From contig CBDAON010000004.1 of assembly GCA_965198065.1 (NCBI GenBank), positions 2,368,001 through 2,432,000 on the forward strand: DNA of 64,000 nucleotides, written 5' to 3'. This DNA comes from Longimicrobiales bacterium (GTDB lineage Bacteria; Gemmatimonadota; Gemmatimonadetes; Longimicrobiales; Gaopeijiaceae). The notes beneath the pieces are model-generated. The model had not been told where the DNA came from. It ran no database searches and was given only the letters and a program-made list of their open reading frames with translations. Position 1 is the first letter of the stretch. Every line of letters starts with the position of its first letter. Of the stretch, positions 10,373-20,952 are shown in pieces. Made by a program: the position numbers and the translations under genes.

Positions 10373-11500
10373 TCACGGAGTCGAGCGTGCCTGAACGGCC
10401 CGGCGTCCGGGCCCGCCGGACGCTTCGGGGGTTGCCGCACTCCCGCGAGCACGACGCAGGACGTCGCCCTCGGCGCGCCGGCCCGAGCCTCCCGCGAAGG
10501 GCGCGGAGGAAGGCGCTCCGACGTTGCCCCTCCGTTGAGCCTCGGAAGCGGGGGCCACCGGCTTGAGCTGGGTGATCCGTCGGGGCGCCGCCTGGGGTGT
10601 CGCGCTGGGGGTCGCCTGGGGAGCGGCTCTGGGTGTCGCTCCGCGCGTCGCCTGGGGCGCCGGGACACCCCTCACCGCAGTCGCCTGCGAAGCAGCGTCG
10701 CCTCGGGGCACGGCGCGGCGCGGTGGGCGCCCGGATTCACCCGGGGGAGGCTCGTCGATCCACCCGGCCGTTCCAATCGTGAGACCACCGGCCCAGGGGC
10801 GGCCGCGTTCGACGACACGGGGCGGCGGCTCCTGAACGGCCCAGGGCTCCGGCGAGACCACGTAGATCGATCTCGGCGCGCGGGGCCGGCTCCCGTGCGA
10901 GACGCCCCAGCTTCCGGTCCAGCCGAAGGCGAAGATCCACCGTGGCCCGTAGTGCGGCTGCGGCGCGTAGTACGGCCAATGCCGTACTGGGCGCGCCTGT
11001 CCGAACGAGACGCGGAACGGGTCGTACCAGGGCCGCCAGACGGGCCCCGGCCACCAGAACGAGACCCGGATCCAGGACGATACGGGTCCCCAATCGCACG
11101 CCGGCCAGTACGCGAACCAGGGGTCCCACCATGCGGACCAGCACGACACTCCGATCCGTGCCAGGCGCGGGCGCCCCCGCCGGGGATGGGAATACGAGTA
11201 ACCGAGCCAGGCCCGGGCCAGAGGATCGCGGGTCACGCCCGTGCTCACGCCCAGGACGCGTATCGGGAGAAACGCGTCCATGATGCCGGCCCCCGGGGCC
11301 CCGATCGCTCCGACGGTCGCTCCATCGCCTCGCGCGGCCAGGGGCGAAAAGCCCTGGGCCGCGACAGAGCCGTGGGGCAGGAGGACCAACCCGGTCATTA
11401 CCGTGACGAGGAGACCGGTGCGTTCGAGGAGACGGTGTACCGCCGCCCGCCGGGGCTCGGCGGGACTTCTGGATTGTGGATCGGCGAAGAAGCTGGGCAT
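10373..11500 (-). CDS. Hypothetical secreted protein with Trp/Tyr-rich segment and Pro/Arg/Ala-rich tail (tail continues in frame past TGA 10373)
   Basis: Hydrophobic signal-like region, WWDPWFAYWP..., PQAT repeats; the same frame stays open in ORF 9842-10318. Confidence 0.45.
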   Translation of the reverse strand: MPSFFADPQSRSPAEPRRAAVHRLLERTGLLVTVMTGLVLLPHGSVAAQGFSPLAARGDGATVGAIGAPGAGIMDAFLPIRVLGVSTGVTRDPLARAWLGYSYSHPRRGRPRLARIGVSCWSAWWDPWFAYWPACDWGPVSSWIRVSFWWPGPVWRPWYDPFRVSFGQARPVRHWPYYAPQPHYGPRWIFAFGWTGSWGVSHGSRPRAPRSIYVVSPEPWAVQEPPPRVVERGRPWAGGLTIGTAGWIDEPPPGESGRPPRRAVPRGDAASQATAVRGVPAPQATRGATPRAAPQATPSATPQAAPRRITQLKPVAPASEAQRRGNVGAPSSAPFAGGSGRRAEGDVLRRARGSAATPEASGGPGRRAVQARSTP

Positions 11501-11673
11501 GAGGACCTCCCGCGCTCGTGAGCGGAGGAAATCAACTACCACCACGTCCGACGGACGCAGAGACCGTGCCACTGGATGGGGAGAGGAACGGCGCGCCTTT
11601 CGGGACCCTCGTGCGAGGGGGCGTGCAGCGGGGGGGACGCCCCCCTGTCTCCCGCGGAGGACGGTCGCGCGCC

Positions 11674-11862
11674 TCATCGGCCGAACAGTCGGTCGAGCAG
11701 GACCAGGACCGCGAACAGGACGAACGGCGTGGCCGCCAGGACCAGCGGGCCGAGCCAGCGACGCCCGCCTACTTGCGGATCGCTCGAATCGCCCCTCTCT
11801 TGTTCACGTGCGGACGCGCCGCCGGGCGACGGAGAGGGGGTGGGTTGGGTAGAGGCGCTCAT
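11674..11862 (-). CDS. Small single-TM hypothetical protein
   Basis: 62 aa ending LGPLVLAATPFVLFAVLVLLDRLFGR. Confidence 0.35.
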   Translation of the reverse strand: MSASTQPTPSPSPGGASAREQERGDSSDPQVGGRRWLGPLVLAATPFVLFAVLVLLDRLFGR

Positions 11863-11965
11863 CACTCTCGGTCTCTTTGAACCCTTCGGTCTCCCCAAGG
11901 GTTCCGTCAAGCAGCTGGGGTCCCGGAACTTCGTTTCGTTTCATCGTCCTTTCGACAGCGGGAAC

Positions 11966-13105
11966 GTGACCGACGACCAGTGGTTGGGCGTGCTGGAGGT
12001 GCTCTCCGGCGGCTCCGGCTTTGTGCGCCGGAAGAGCGCCGGATACGCGCCGAGCAACGACGACGTGTACGTGAGCGGAAAGCTCGTCTCGAAGTTCGGG
12101 CTCCGGACGGGAGACGAGCTCTGGGGGGCGGTCGGCGGACGGCCGCGGAACGGCAAGGCACCGCCCCTCGCCCGACTGGACCTGGTGAACGGCCGCTCGC
12201 CCCAGGACGCGGTGGATCGGCCGCAGTTCGATCGGCTCGGCGCCATGCACCCCGACGAACAGCTCGTCCTCGAGTGCGACATCCGGATGCGTGGGGAGCC
12301 CGACTACACGAACCGCGTGATCGACCTCTTCTGCCCCCTAGGGAAGGGTCAACGCGCGATGATCGTGGCGCCCTCGAAGGCTGGGAAGACCACCGTCCTT
12401 CAGCGAGTCGCCGAGGGTATTGTGAGGAATCACCCTTCGATCACCCTCTTCATGCTGCTCGTGGACGAGCGACCGGAAGAGATCACCGAGATGGAGGCGT
12501 GCGGGTTCGGCGAGGTTATGGCGTCGTCGTTCGACAATCCGGCGGAGCGCCATACGGCTGTGGCGGAGGTCACGCTAGAGAGGGCGCGCAGGAAGGTCGA
12601 GCTTGGGGAAGACGTCGTGATAATCCTGGATTCGATCACGCGGATGGCGAGGGCCTACAACACGGTTGAAGAGGGAAGCGGCCGGACCCTCACCGGGGGG
12701 CTCGACGCCACCGCCCTGGAGAAGCCGAAGCGGTTCCTCGGGAGCGCCAGACGGATCGACCCAACCCGCGGAGGCTCGCTCACCATCGTGGCGACGGCCC
12801 TCGTGGATACCGGGTCCCGTATGGACCAGGTCATCTTCGAGGAGTTCAAGGGCACGGGGAACAGCGAGCTCCTGCTCAGCCGCGAGCTCGCGGACAAGCG
12901 AATCTTCCCGGCCATCGACATCGTGGCCTCCGCCACGCGTCGAGAGGAGCTCTTATTCACGCCCGAGGCCCTCGCCGTCTCGCGCGCGCTCCGGCGCCAG
13001 TTCGCCGGCAAGGCCCCCGCCGATGCCATGAACGAGCTGCTTCACGTCATGAAGAAGACGAAGACGAAATCGGAGCTGCTCGAGCTCAGTCGCGCCCGGA
13101 TGTAA
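11966..13105 (+). CDS. rho: Transcription termination factor Rho (short, lacks N-terminal helical bundle)
   Basis: GVLEV..G.GF.R, DDVYVS, GKGQR..IVAPSKAGKT, LLVDERPEE, DSITR.ARAYN, TALVDTGSRMD.VIFEEFKGTGN, TRREELL; likely GTG start at 11966. Confidence 0.9.
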   Translation: MTDDQWLGVLEVLSGGSGFVRRKSAGYAPSNDDVYVSGKLVSKFGLRTGDELWGAVGGRPRNGKAPPLARLDLVNGRSPQDAVDRPQFDRLGAMHPDEQLVLECDIRMRGEPDYTNRVIDLFCPLGKGQRAMIVAPSKAGKTTVLQRVAEGIVRNHPSITLFMLLVDERPEEITEMEACGFGEVMASSFDNPAERHTAVAEVTLERARRKVELGEDVVIILDSITRMARAYNTVEEGSGRTLTGGLDATALEKPKRFLGSARRIDPTRGGSLTIVATALVDTGSRMDQVIFEEFKGTGNSELLLSRELADKRIFPAIDIVASATRREELLFTPEALAVSRALRRQFAGKAPADAMNELLHVMKKTKTKSELLELSRARM

Positions 13106-13754
13106 CGGCCGGTGATCCGGGGGGCGGCGGCTCGGATTCGCCGAGCGGTGGCTCGAGGAGCGCCTTCAGGGCCGCGAGGGATGCCTCCATCTGCGCACTC
13201 TGGAGCTCGTTCATGCGTCTCGCCAGATAGCCCAGAAGGGGGTTCCACCCGAAGTCCCCGTCCTCTTGCCACTCGAGTATCGTGCCGTCACCCTCGCGCT
13301 CGAGCACAATGCGCCCTTGAATCCGGATCGCTCCGCCCTCCACGAGAACCAGGTAGGTCACCTGGCGGGTCGGAGCGCTTGCGGTCACGACGAACTCCCC
13401 ATTGCCGTAGAGGGGATCGTTCCACCGGCGGCCGGACCCCGGTCCTTCAGGCGGCCCGAACAACTCGACGCCCGTCTCCGGCGACGGTGTCCAGTCTCCC
13501 CAGCGCTCGGCGCGGGAGAGGAAGGGGAAGACGGCCTCGGGGGGGGCGGCGATCCGGGTGCTCCGCTCGGCGTTCCATCCGCTCGGGAGTAGGAAGCCGA
13601 CGACCAGGATCGCGATGAAGAGGAGCGCCAACGAGCCGAGCACGAGCCCCGCAACGCGGTAGGGGTGATGCGTCGGGCCGTCCCCCAGACGACCGCGGGT
13701 GGCCTCCCGGGGCTCGCCCGGACCGGGAGGATGCTCACCCCTCCGCTCCGGCAT
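13086..13754 (-). CDS. SRPBCC (polyketide cyclase/dehydrase-like) family protein with N-terminal TM
   Basis: VGFLLP..W..ERS.RIAAPPEAVF..L...W..W; G.GS...W; SLAALKALLE. Confidence 0.75.
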   Translation of the reverse strand: MPERRGEHPPGPGEPREATRGRLGDGPTHHPYRVAGLVLGSLALLFIAILVVGFLLPSGWNAERSTRIAAPPEAVFPFLSRAERWGDWTPSPETGVELFGPPEGPGSGRRWNDPLYGNGEFVVTASAPTRQVTYLVLVEGGAIRIQGRIVLEREGDGTILEWQEDGDFGWNPLLGYLARRMNELQSAQMEASLAALKALLEPPLGESEPPPPGSPAVTSGRD

Positions 13755-14512
13755 CAGGGCTGGCCCCGTGACTGGCGCTCCGCCGCGACGCGGAAGATCG
13801 AATCCAGTGTGGTCCAGGCATTCTCCGCCATGCGGCGGTGCCCTTCCGCGGTGGGGTGGATCCCGTCGGCCTGGTTCAGCCCCGGGACCCCGCCGACCGC
13901 GTCGAGAAGAAGGGGGGTGAGAGCAACACTCCGGTCCCCGGCCACCCGGGGGAAGGCTTCGCGGAATCGCGTGGCGTACTCGGGCCCCAGGTTCGGTGGC
14001 GCCTCCATCTGGACCAGCACGATCTCGGTTTCCGGGTGGCTCTCCCGGACCCGGGAGACGATCGCATCAAGATTCGCCGCCATGTCGTCTGTGGGAATGG
14101 CGCGAAGCCCGTCGTTCGCCCCGGTCTCGACCACGAGCACGTCGGGGGACTGTCGGAGGATCCAGTCCACGCGCCGGAGCGCGCCTGCGCTGGTCTCTCC
14201 CGAGAGGCCCGCGTTCACGACCTCCACGTCGTGGCCCGCGGACCGCGCGAGCGCCCCCACCTGCGAGGGCCACGCCTCCAGCGCTGGGTCCACGAGTCCG
14301 AGCCCCTCGGTGAGGCTTGTCCCTAGAAAGACGACGCGAAGGGCGCCCCCGGCTGACTCGGCTTCGCTCTGCGAGAGAGAACCTTCGGTGCCGAACGGGC
14401 GTACCACTTCCGTCCCGCTCGCGGCGCGCTCGGCGGACGGGATCACCTCGGCTTCCTCGGGCGCGCATCCGGAAAGGGCGCCCACGGAGGCGAGGAGCCA
14501 GAACGTCGCCAT
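13754..14512 (-). CDS. tesA: GDSL/SGNH arylesterase (TesA-like), probable lipoprotein
   Basis: FLGTSLTEG, NAGLSGETS, ETGANDGLR, NQADGIHPT; lipobox LSGC. Confidence 0.85.
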   Translation of the reverse strand: MATFWLLASVGALSGCAPEEAEVIPSAERAASGTEVVRPFGTEGSLSQSEAESAGGALRVVFLGTSLTEGLGLVDPALEAWPSQVGALARSAGHDVEVVNAGLSGETSAGALRRVDWILRQSPDVLVVETGANDGLRAIPTDDMAANLDAIVSRVRESHPETEIVLVQMEAPPNLGPEYATRFREAFPRVAGDRSVALTPLLLDAVGGVPGLNQADGIHPTAEGHRRMAENAWTTLDSIFRVAAERQSRGQP

Positions 14513-15194
14513 GCGCATCGAGCTATCCGGGGTCGTGAAGGAGTACCGTAGCGGAAGCCACACCCTCCAGATCCTGAACGGCATCGACCTCACCGTCGAG
14601 TCGGGATCGGCGGTGACCGTGGTGGGTCCCTCGGGGAGTGGCAAGACCACGCTCCTCGGTCTGATGGCCGGGCTCGATCACCCGACGCAGGGGGAGATTC
14701 GCCTGGGGAACACCCTCCTGTCGAGTCTTACCGAAGACGGGCGTGCGGGGTTTCGGGCGGCCCACGTCGGGTTTGTCTTCCAGACGTTTCACCTCCTGGA
14801 GTCCCTTTCGGCTGTGGAGAACGTTCAGATCCCGCTCGAGCTCTCCCCACGCTCCCGTCTCTCGTCCACGCAGGTGCATCGGCGGGCCGCCGAGTTCCTG
14901 GACCGGGTGGGGCTCGGTGACAGGATGGACCACTATCCGGGACAGCTCTCAGGCGGAGAGCAGCAGCGGGTCGGGCTGGCGAGGGCGTTCGTGTCGGAGC
15001 CGAGCGTCCTGTTTGCCGACGAGCCCACGGGCAATCTGGACCGAAAGACGGGCGCTTTAGTCGGCCGGCTCCTTCGGGAGCTGAACGGCGAGCGGGGAAC
15101 AACCATGGTCCTCGTGACGCACGACGAAGCCCTCGCCGAAGGCGCGGACCGCGTCCTCCACATGAAGGGTGGCCGGCTCGAGGAGGTCGGGTGA
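14511..15194 (+). CDS. ABC transporter ATP-binding protein (YbbA/LolD-like)
   Basis: GPSGSGKTT, LSGGEQQRV, FADEPTGNLD, LVTHD. Confidence 0.9.
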   Translation: MRIELSGVVKEYRSGSHTLQILNGIDLTVESGSAVTVVGPSGSGKTTLLGLMAGLDHPTQGEIRLGNTLLSSLTEDGRAGFRAAHVGFVFQTFHLLESLSAVENVQIPLELSPRSRLSSTQVHRRAAEFLDRVGLGDRMDHYPGQLSGGEQQRVGLARAFVSEPSVLFADEPTGNLDRKTGALVGRLLRELNGERGTTMVLVTHDEALAEGADRVLHMKGGRLEEVG

Positions 15195-17748
15195 CGGTGC
15201 CGTTCGCGCTCCGGCACGCCTATCGCGAGGGGCGGTCTGGGATTCGTCGCGTGGGGTGGTTCCTCGCCGCCGTCTCGATGGGCGTGGGCGTTCTCGTCGC
15301 CCTCTACGGGTTTCAGCGGGACGCGGCGGAGTCCGCTCGCGCGGAGGCTCGATTCATCCTCGGCGGGGACGTGAGACTGCAGGCGGCGACGCCGTTCGAC
15401 CCGACGGTGGAGGCTCTCCTGGACTCGCTGGCGGCTCGTGGAGCCGTGGTCGCCCGGGGGGTCACGCTGGCCTCGATCGTCCAGGCTCCGGGGTCGGGGA
15501 CGGCTCGTCTCCTCCAGGTGAACGGAATCGATGACCGTTTCCCGGCCGCCGGGGTCGCCACGGGCGAGCCGGCAGACGTACCCCGGCAGCTGGCCCGGGG
15601 TGGCGGGCTCGCCGCGGACGGGCAGGTGCTCCTCCAGCTCCGCGTAGAGCCGGGGGACTCCGTACGGATCGGAACCACCCGGCTGGAGGTCCTGGGGGAG
15701 ATCCGGGACGTGCCCGTCGACCTGGAGCTCCAGTGGGCCGTCGGCCCACCGGTGTTCGTGTCCCTGGACGACGTCGAGGCCGCGGGGGTGCTCACGTTCG
15801 GAAGCCTCGCGCGCTACCGGGCGTGGGTCGCGCTTCCGGCCGGATCGGACATCCGGGGATTCGTGCGCACGTATCGCGGGCCTCTCAGGGCCTAGGGCGT
15901 CAGCCTCCGCACGGCGGAGCAGGAGCCAACGCGCTCGAGTCCGGCTTCGAGGAGCTGGCGCGCTTTCTGAGCCTGGTAGGCCTAATGGCGCTGATCCTCG
16001 GAGGGATCGGGGTCGGAAGCGCCGTGAACGTGTACCTTCGAGAAAAGGGGCCCACGATCGCGGTGCTCCGCTGCCTCGGCGCCGGTCGAAGGACGCTCGT
16101 TTCGGCCTATCTCGTTCAGACCGCCGGTCTCGGGGTGGTGGGCGCGGGGGTCGGGGTCGTGTGGGGTGTCGCGGCGCAGCTCTCCCTTCCTGGGCTACTC
16201 GCGCCCGTTCTGCCCTTCGATCTCACGGCCACGGTGCGTCCCGAGGGAGTTGTGCTCGGGCTCATCCTGGGGACGTGGGTCGCGGTCGTGTTCTCGCTTC
16301 TCCCGCTCCTCGGAGTCCACCGGATCTCTCCGCTGGCCGCTCTCCGCCCCCCCGGGAGCGAGGAGAACGGACGCGTCGGGGTCCTCGCGGTGGTGGTGGG
16401 CGCCCTCGTGTGGCTCAGCGTCTTCGGGCTCGCCTGGGTCCAGCTCGGGGGAGCCGAACCGGCCGCGATCGTCACAGCCGGCCTCACGGGCGTGTTCGTG
16501 GTGCTCGCGGCCGTTGCCCTGGCCCTCGCGCGCGCCGCGCGGACGCTCGTCCCCAGGGCCTGCGCCGTTTCCGGTCCGTCAGGGCCTGAGCGGCCTCTTT
16601 CGGCCGGGTAACCAGACCCCGGCGGTCGTTACGGCGCTCGGGCTCGGGGCGTTCCTGATCGGGGCCCTCCTCGTGGTCGAGGACGGCCTTAGAGCGGAGC
16701 TCCGGGTCCAGCTGGACGACGATCAGCCCTCCCTCGTTCTCTTCGACATCCAGAGCGACCAGACCACAGATGTGAGAGGGATTCTTCAGAGCGAGGGGCT
16801 TCCGGACGATCTCGTGCCCATCGTCCCCGCCCGGCTGTCGGAGGTCGCGGGGGAGTCGGTCTCCGACCTCTTGACCCAGCGTCGCAGGGGGCCGAGTTGG
16901 ATGTACCGGCGGCTCTACCGCAACACGTACCGGGGGGAGCTCGGTCCCGCCGAGCGGCTGCTCTCCGGAAGCTGGTGGGGAGAGGGGGGAGAGGATCCGC
17001 GGGTCACGCAGGCGCTGGGGTCGGGGGGCGTTCGGGTGTCGCTCGAGCGGGAGCTCGCCGAAGACCTGGGTGTGGGGCTCGGGGACGTCATCGAGTGGGA
17101 CGTCCAGGGCGTCCCCATCCGGTCGGTGGTGAGCTCGGTGCGCGAGGTGGAGTGGGCGTCGTTCCAACCCAACTTCTATGCCGTGTTCGAGCCGGGCTCG
17201 ATCGATGACGCGCCGGCCACCTTCGTGTCTCTGGTGCGCGCGGACGATCCGGCCGTTCGAGAGCGGATTCAGAGGGCGGTCCTGACGGACTTTCCGAACG
17301 TGTCGTTTCTGGACGTCGCCCTCGTGCGAGAGGCGCTCCAGCGCATCGCGAGCCAGGTGACGCTCGTGCTCAGGTCCATGGCCGGGTTCGTGCTGGGCGG
17401 AGGGGGGCTCGTGCTGCTCGCGTCGCTCATGACCACGCGCTTCAAGCGCCGAAGGGAGAGTGCGCTCCTGAAGACCCTGGGCGCGTCGAGCGCCGTGATA
17501 CGGAGAGTGCTCCTCTGGGAGTACGTCGCGATCGGCACGATCGGTGGCGCAGCGGGAGTCGCGCTCGCGGCGCTCGGAGGCAACTCTCTCCTTGGCTGGC
17601 AGTTCGACCTGACGGAACGCTGCCCTGGACCACGCTCCTGGCGCTCTGGGGCGGGATCGTCGTCCTGGCCGTCGCCGTGGGCTGGTCCGTGAGCGGTCCA
17701 GTCCTCCGTGCCACCCCGGTCTCCGTCCTCGGAGAGGAGCGGAGCTGA
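15191..17748 (+). pseudogene. ABC transporter permease (YbbP/FtsX-like), interrupted by TAG 15893 and frameshifts near 15925, 16560 and 17615
   Basis: Contiguous pieces: LGGDVRL, LILGGIGVGSAV..Y..EK..TIAVLRCLGA, FDIQ.DQ, REVEW.SFQPNF, RRESALLKTLGA. Confidence 0.8.
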
Positions 17749-17753
17749 CGCCC

Positions 17754-19820
17754 GTGACCGTCGCGACGCAGCCCGAGGGGGGCAAGAAGCAGGCGACCCT
17801 CTCGAGGGAGCTGTCCGAGTTCCTGATCGGGCTCTCGATCGCCGTCCATCGGTTTGCCATGTACCCGGGCGACCATCCGTCGCTGGCGCCGGCGGCCGAA
17901 AAGGTGATTACGGCGTTGGCGGACCTCCTCCAGGCGCGCCCCGCCCTCGCCCTGGGCGTGGCGCAGAAGCAGCTCATGGTCGAGGGCGTGGCCACGGACG
18001 AGCGTCATCCCGTGCTGTCGGACCTCGCCCGCCGGCTGCACTCCCATCAGCTTGGGGCGCTCAGCTTCACCAGTGGCACGACGCTCCAGGAGATCGAGCA
18101 GCTGCTTCGTACCCTCTCGGTCGAGCCAGAGCGGGGCGGCCGCCCCCTCGGGCTGCTCCCCGAGGAGACGCGTCCGACCTGGGAGCACGTGAAGCTTCTC
18201 TCAGTCGGGTACGAACGGCTCGAGCTCAAGGACTCGAGGGTTACCGGCGGCGACCGAGCCAAATCCCAGCAGCTCTGGCTCGGCCTGGCGCGGGCCGCCC
18301 TCGAGGACGAGGGGCTGGATCTGGACGACCTTCCCGATGGGGGGGCTTTGGCCGGGGTGATCCAGGCCCGCGGCGGGGACTCCAAGTACGAGCAGGTCAT
18401 CGTGAGCTATCTGCTTCAGATGGCCGAGGAGCTTCGCGGGGGGGAGGGGGCGGACGCGGCAGAGATCCGAGAGAAGATGTCCGAGCTGATTCGGGAGCTG
18501 GACGAGGACACGATCAAGCGGATGATCGAGCTGGGAGGGGCCCGGTCGGACCGCACCCGCTTCGTCCGTGACGCCAGCCAGGGAGGCTTGGCGGTGGACA
18601 CGGTGGTCAAGGTTCTCCAGGCGGCGGCCGAGGCGGATGGCCAGTCGATCTCGTCGTCGCTGACTCGCCTGCTTGCGAAGCTCTCTGCCCTCTCCGGGGA
18701 TGGCGCGAATACGCTCCGCGCCGAGGCAGAGTCGGCCGTTCGCGAGCACGTGGAGTCCCTCATCTCCGACTGGGAGCTCGACGATCCCAATCCCGACGCC
18801 TACACCCAGATCCTGGACGGGATGGCGCGCGCGGCGCCGGCGCTCTCGGTCCAGCTCGACGAGGAGCGGGAGGTGCCCGGCTCGGAGCGGGTGATCCAGA
18901 TGGCCCTCGAGTCGGACGCGTTCGGGGCCACCGTCCAGAAGGCGGTAACGGAGCTTATCGACCAGGGCGGAGTGGGCCGCCTGATCGAGCTTCTAGACGC
19001 CGCCCCTGAGGGGAGCCAGGTGGCGGATCGGCTGCGGTCCCACCTCATGACGCCTGTTCAGCTCAAGCGGATGCTGGCCGGGGACGACGTGGACGAGGAT
19101 AACCTCCGGATCCTCGTGGATCGGCTGGGGTCCCACGCCATCGATCCCCTCTTCCAGTACCTCACGGAATCCGAGTCGCGCGCCGTCCGTCGCAAGATCT
19201 TCGACACGCTCGTGCGCCTGGGAGACAGCATCGCCGACGTGGCCGTAACCCGGCTCCGGGACGAGCGGTGGTTCGTGAAGCGGAACATCCTGGCCCTCTT
19301 CCAACGTCTGGAGAACCTTCCCGAGGGACTTTCGCTGCTCCCGTACCTCCAGCATCCGGACGCGCGCGTGCGTCGCGAGGCGTTCCTGGTCTCGTTCCGC
19401 ATGCCGACGATTCGGGAGCGCGGGATCGCGTCGGCGATGGCCGACACGGACGAGCGCGTCGTGCGCATGGCGCTTCTCGAGGTGCAGGAGGAGCTTCCGG
19501 AGACCGTCGTCCCGGTCGTCGTGGGGCGTGTCCTCGAATCGGAGTCGCTCCGGCCGCTCAGGAGCCTCGCCGTCAGGGCGCTCGGAAACTCCGGATCGGC
19601 GCTGGCGCTGGAGACCCTGCTGAACGTCAGCTCCAGGGGGCGAACCCTTCTCGGAAAGCCTCGCCTGGCGCCCAAGTCGCCCGAGCTCCTGGCGGCCCTC
19701 TCGGCCCTCGCCGGTGGCTGGCGGAGCGAGCCCAGAGCCAAGGGGATCCTGGCCGTCGCGGAGCGGTCGAAGGATCTTCAGGTGCAGGCAGCGTCTCAAG
19801 GCGGAGGGAACGCGGGATGA
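17754..19820 (+). CDS. HEAT-repeat protein
   Basis: MYPGDHP N-terminal motif; L.DERWFVKRN, HPDARVRREA, D.DERVVR HEAT-like repeats. Confidence 0.7.
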   Translation: MTVATQPEGGKKQATLSRELSEFLIGLSIAVHRFAMYPGDHPSLAPAAEKVITALADLLQARPALALGVAQKQLMVEGVATDERHPVLSDLARRLHSHQLGALSFTSGTTLQEIEQLLRTLSVEPERGGRPLGLLPEETRPTWEHVKLLSVGYERLELKDSRVTGGDRAKSQQLWLGLARAALEDEGLDLDDLPDGGALAGVIQARGGDSKYEQVIVSYLLQMAEELRGGEGADAAEIREKMSELIRELDEDTIKRMIELGGARSDRTRFVRDASQGGLAVDTVVKVLQAAAEADGQSISSSLTRLLAKLSALSGDGANTLRAEAESAVREHVESLISDWELDDPNPDAYTQILDGMARAAPALSVQLDEEREVPGSERVIQMALESDAFGATVQKAVTELIDQGGVGRLIELLDAAPEGSQVADRLRSHLMTPVQLKRMLAGDDVDEDNLRILVDRLGSHAIDPLFQYLTESESRAVRRKIFDTLVRLGDSIADVAVTRLRDERWFVKRNILALFQRLENLPEGLSLLPYLQHPDARVRREAFLVSFRMPTIRERGIASAMADTDERVVRMALLEVQEELPETVVPVVVGRVLESESLRPLRSLAVRALGNSGSALALETLLNVSSRGRTLLGKPRLAPKSPELLAALSALAGGWRSEPRAKGILAVAERSKDLQVQAASQGGGNAG

Positions 19821-19857
19821 ACGATCTAGCGACTGGATGCCGAGGGACGGGCTTCTC

Positions 19858-20952
19858 GTGACGGCCCCGGTCCGGTTCCTGACGTCTCTTGCCCAGGCCT
19901 TCGCGGCCATGGGCCTCTACAAGGATGGCCACCCCGCGCGGGCCCGGGCGCTCGACGCGGTCTTCCAGCACGTGCAAGAGCTCCAGGAGCTCGATCCGCT
20001 GCCTGAGTTCACGTTCCTCGCCGGTGAGGTCCTGTACGGCAACGAGCCGCTTTGGGACCTGAAGGGGTGGGACTGGGCGGACCGGCTGGCCGCTGTGGGC
20101 GTCCAGCGGCTGGCTCTCACCGGGCCGGTCTCGCTCGGCGACGTCGAGCTCTTTCTCGAAGACGTGATGGGACGGGTGTCGGGAGAACCGAAACCCTCGG
20201 CCGAGGCGGTCGTGCGCTCGCTAGCCGTGGCGATGCACGGCGACCATCAGTTCCTCATCCCGCTCCTTCAGCTGAAGGAGTTCGATCAGTACACGACCAC
20301 CCACGCCCTGAACGTCTCGATCCTCGCGATGGCGTCGGCCGAGTTCATCGGCCTCGGCGCGGGGGAGGTGCGGACCTTCGGGATCTCGGGACTCCTCCAC
20401 GATGTGGGGAAGACGCGGATTCCGCCCGAAATCCTGAACAAGCCGGGGAAGCTCACCGACGAGGAGCGTGAGGTGATGAACGGGCACCCGGTGGACGGGG
20501 CCCGAATCATCATTGAGACCGACCATCAGCTCGATCTGGCCGCTGTGGTTGCGTACGAGCACCACATCCGGATCGACGGAGGTGGGTACCCAGCTCTCGC
20601 CTACCCCCGCTCGTGTCACCAGTGCAGCAATCTGGTGCACGTTTGCGACGTATTCGACGCGCTCCGAACGGATCGCCCCTATCGGGACGCGTGGGAGCAT
20701 CAGCGCGTGATCGACTACGTGCGAGAGGGCCTTGGGAAAGAGTTCGAGTCCGAGCTGGGGCGCCAGTTCCTCACCATGATGGAGCACTGGGAAACCAGGA
20801 TCACGACGATCCGGAGCGAGGACAAACCTCTTCCGATCGCGGCGGCCGGTGCGGAAGGTGCCGAGCAGGGGGCGGAAGGCGCCGAGCAGGGAGGGGAGCC
20901 GACGAGTGGCCCGGGCGGGGGGACCGGGGAGTCGGAGGGCCCAGCCTCCTAG
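19858..20952 (+). CDS. HD-GYP domain phosphodiesterase (probable internal in-frame deletion near 20205)
   Basis: LY.DGHP, YTTTHALNV, LLHDVGK, LNKPGKLT, EHHIRIDGGGYP, DVFDALRTDRPYR; alternative start 19837. Confidence 0.85.
   Translation: MTAPVRFLTSLAQAFAAMGLYKDGHPARARALDAVFQHVQELQELDPLPEFTFLAGEVLYGNEPLWDLKGWDWADRLAAVGVQRLALTGPVSLGDVELFLEDVMGRVSGEPKPSAEAVVRSLAVAMHGDHQFLIPLLQLKEFDQYTTTHALNVSILAMASAEFIGLGAGEVRTFGISGLLHDVGKTRIPPEILNKPGKLTDEEREVMNGHPVDGARIIIETDHQLDLAAVVAYEHHIRIDGGGYPALAYPRSCHQCSNLVHVCDVFDALRTDRPYRDAWEHQRVIDYVREGLGKEFESELGRQFLTMMEHWETRITTIRSEDKPLPIAAAGAEGAEQGAEGAEQGGEPTSGPGGGTGESEGPAS

Noticed and set aside
20850..20895. Short tandem repeat (AEGAEQG x2); also PQAT repeats near 10580-10640
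   Set aside because: Low-complexity coding repeats without spacers; not CRISPR
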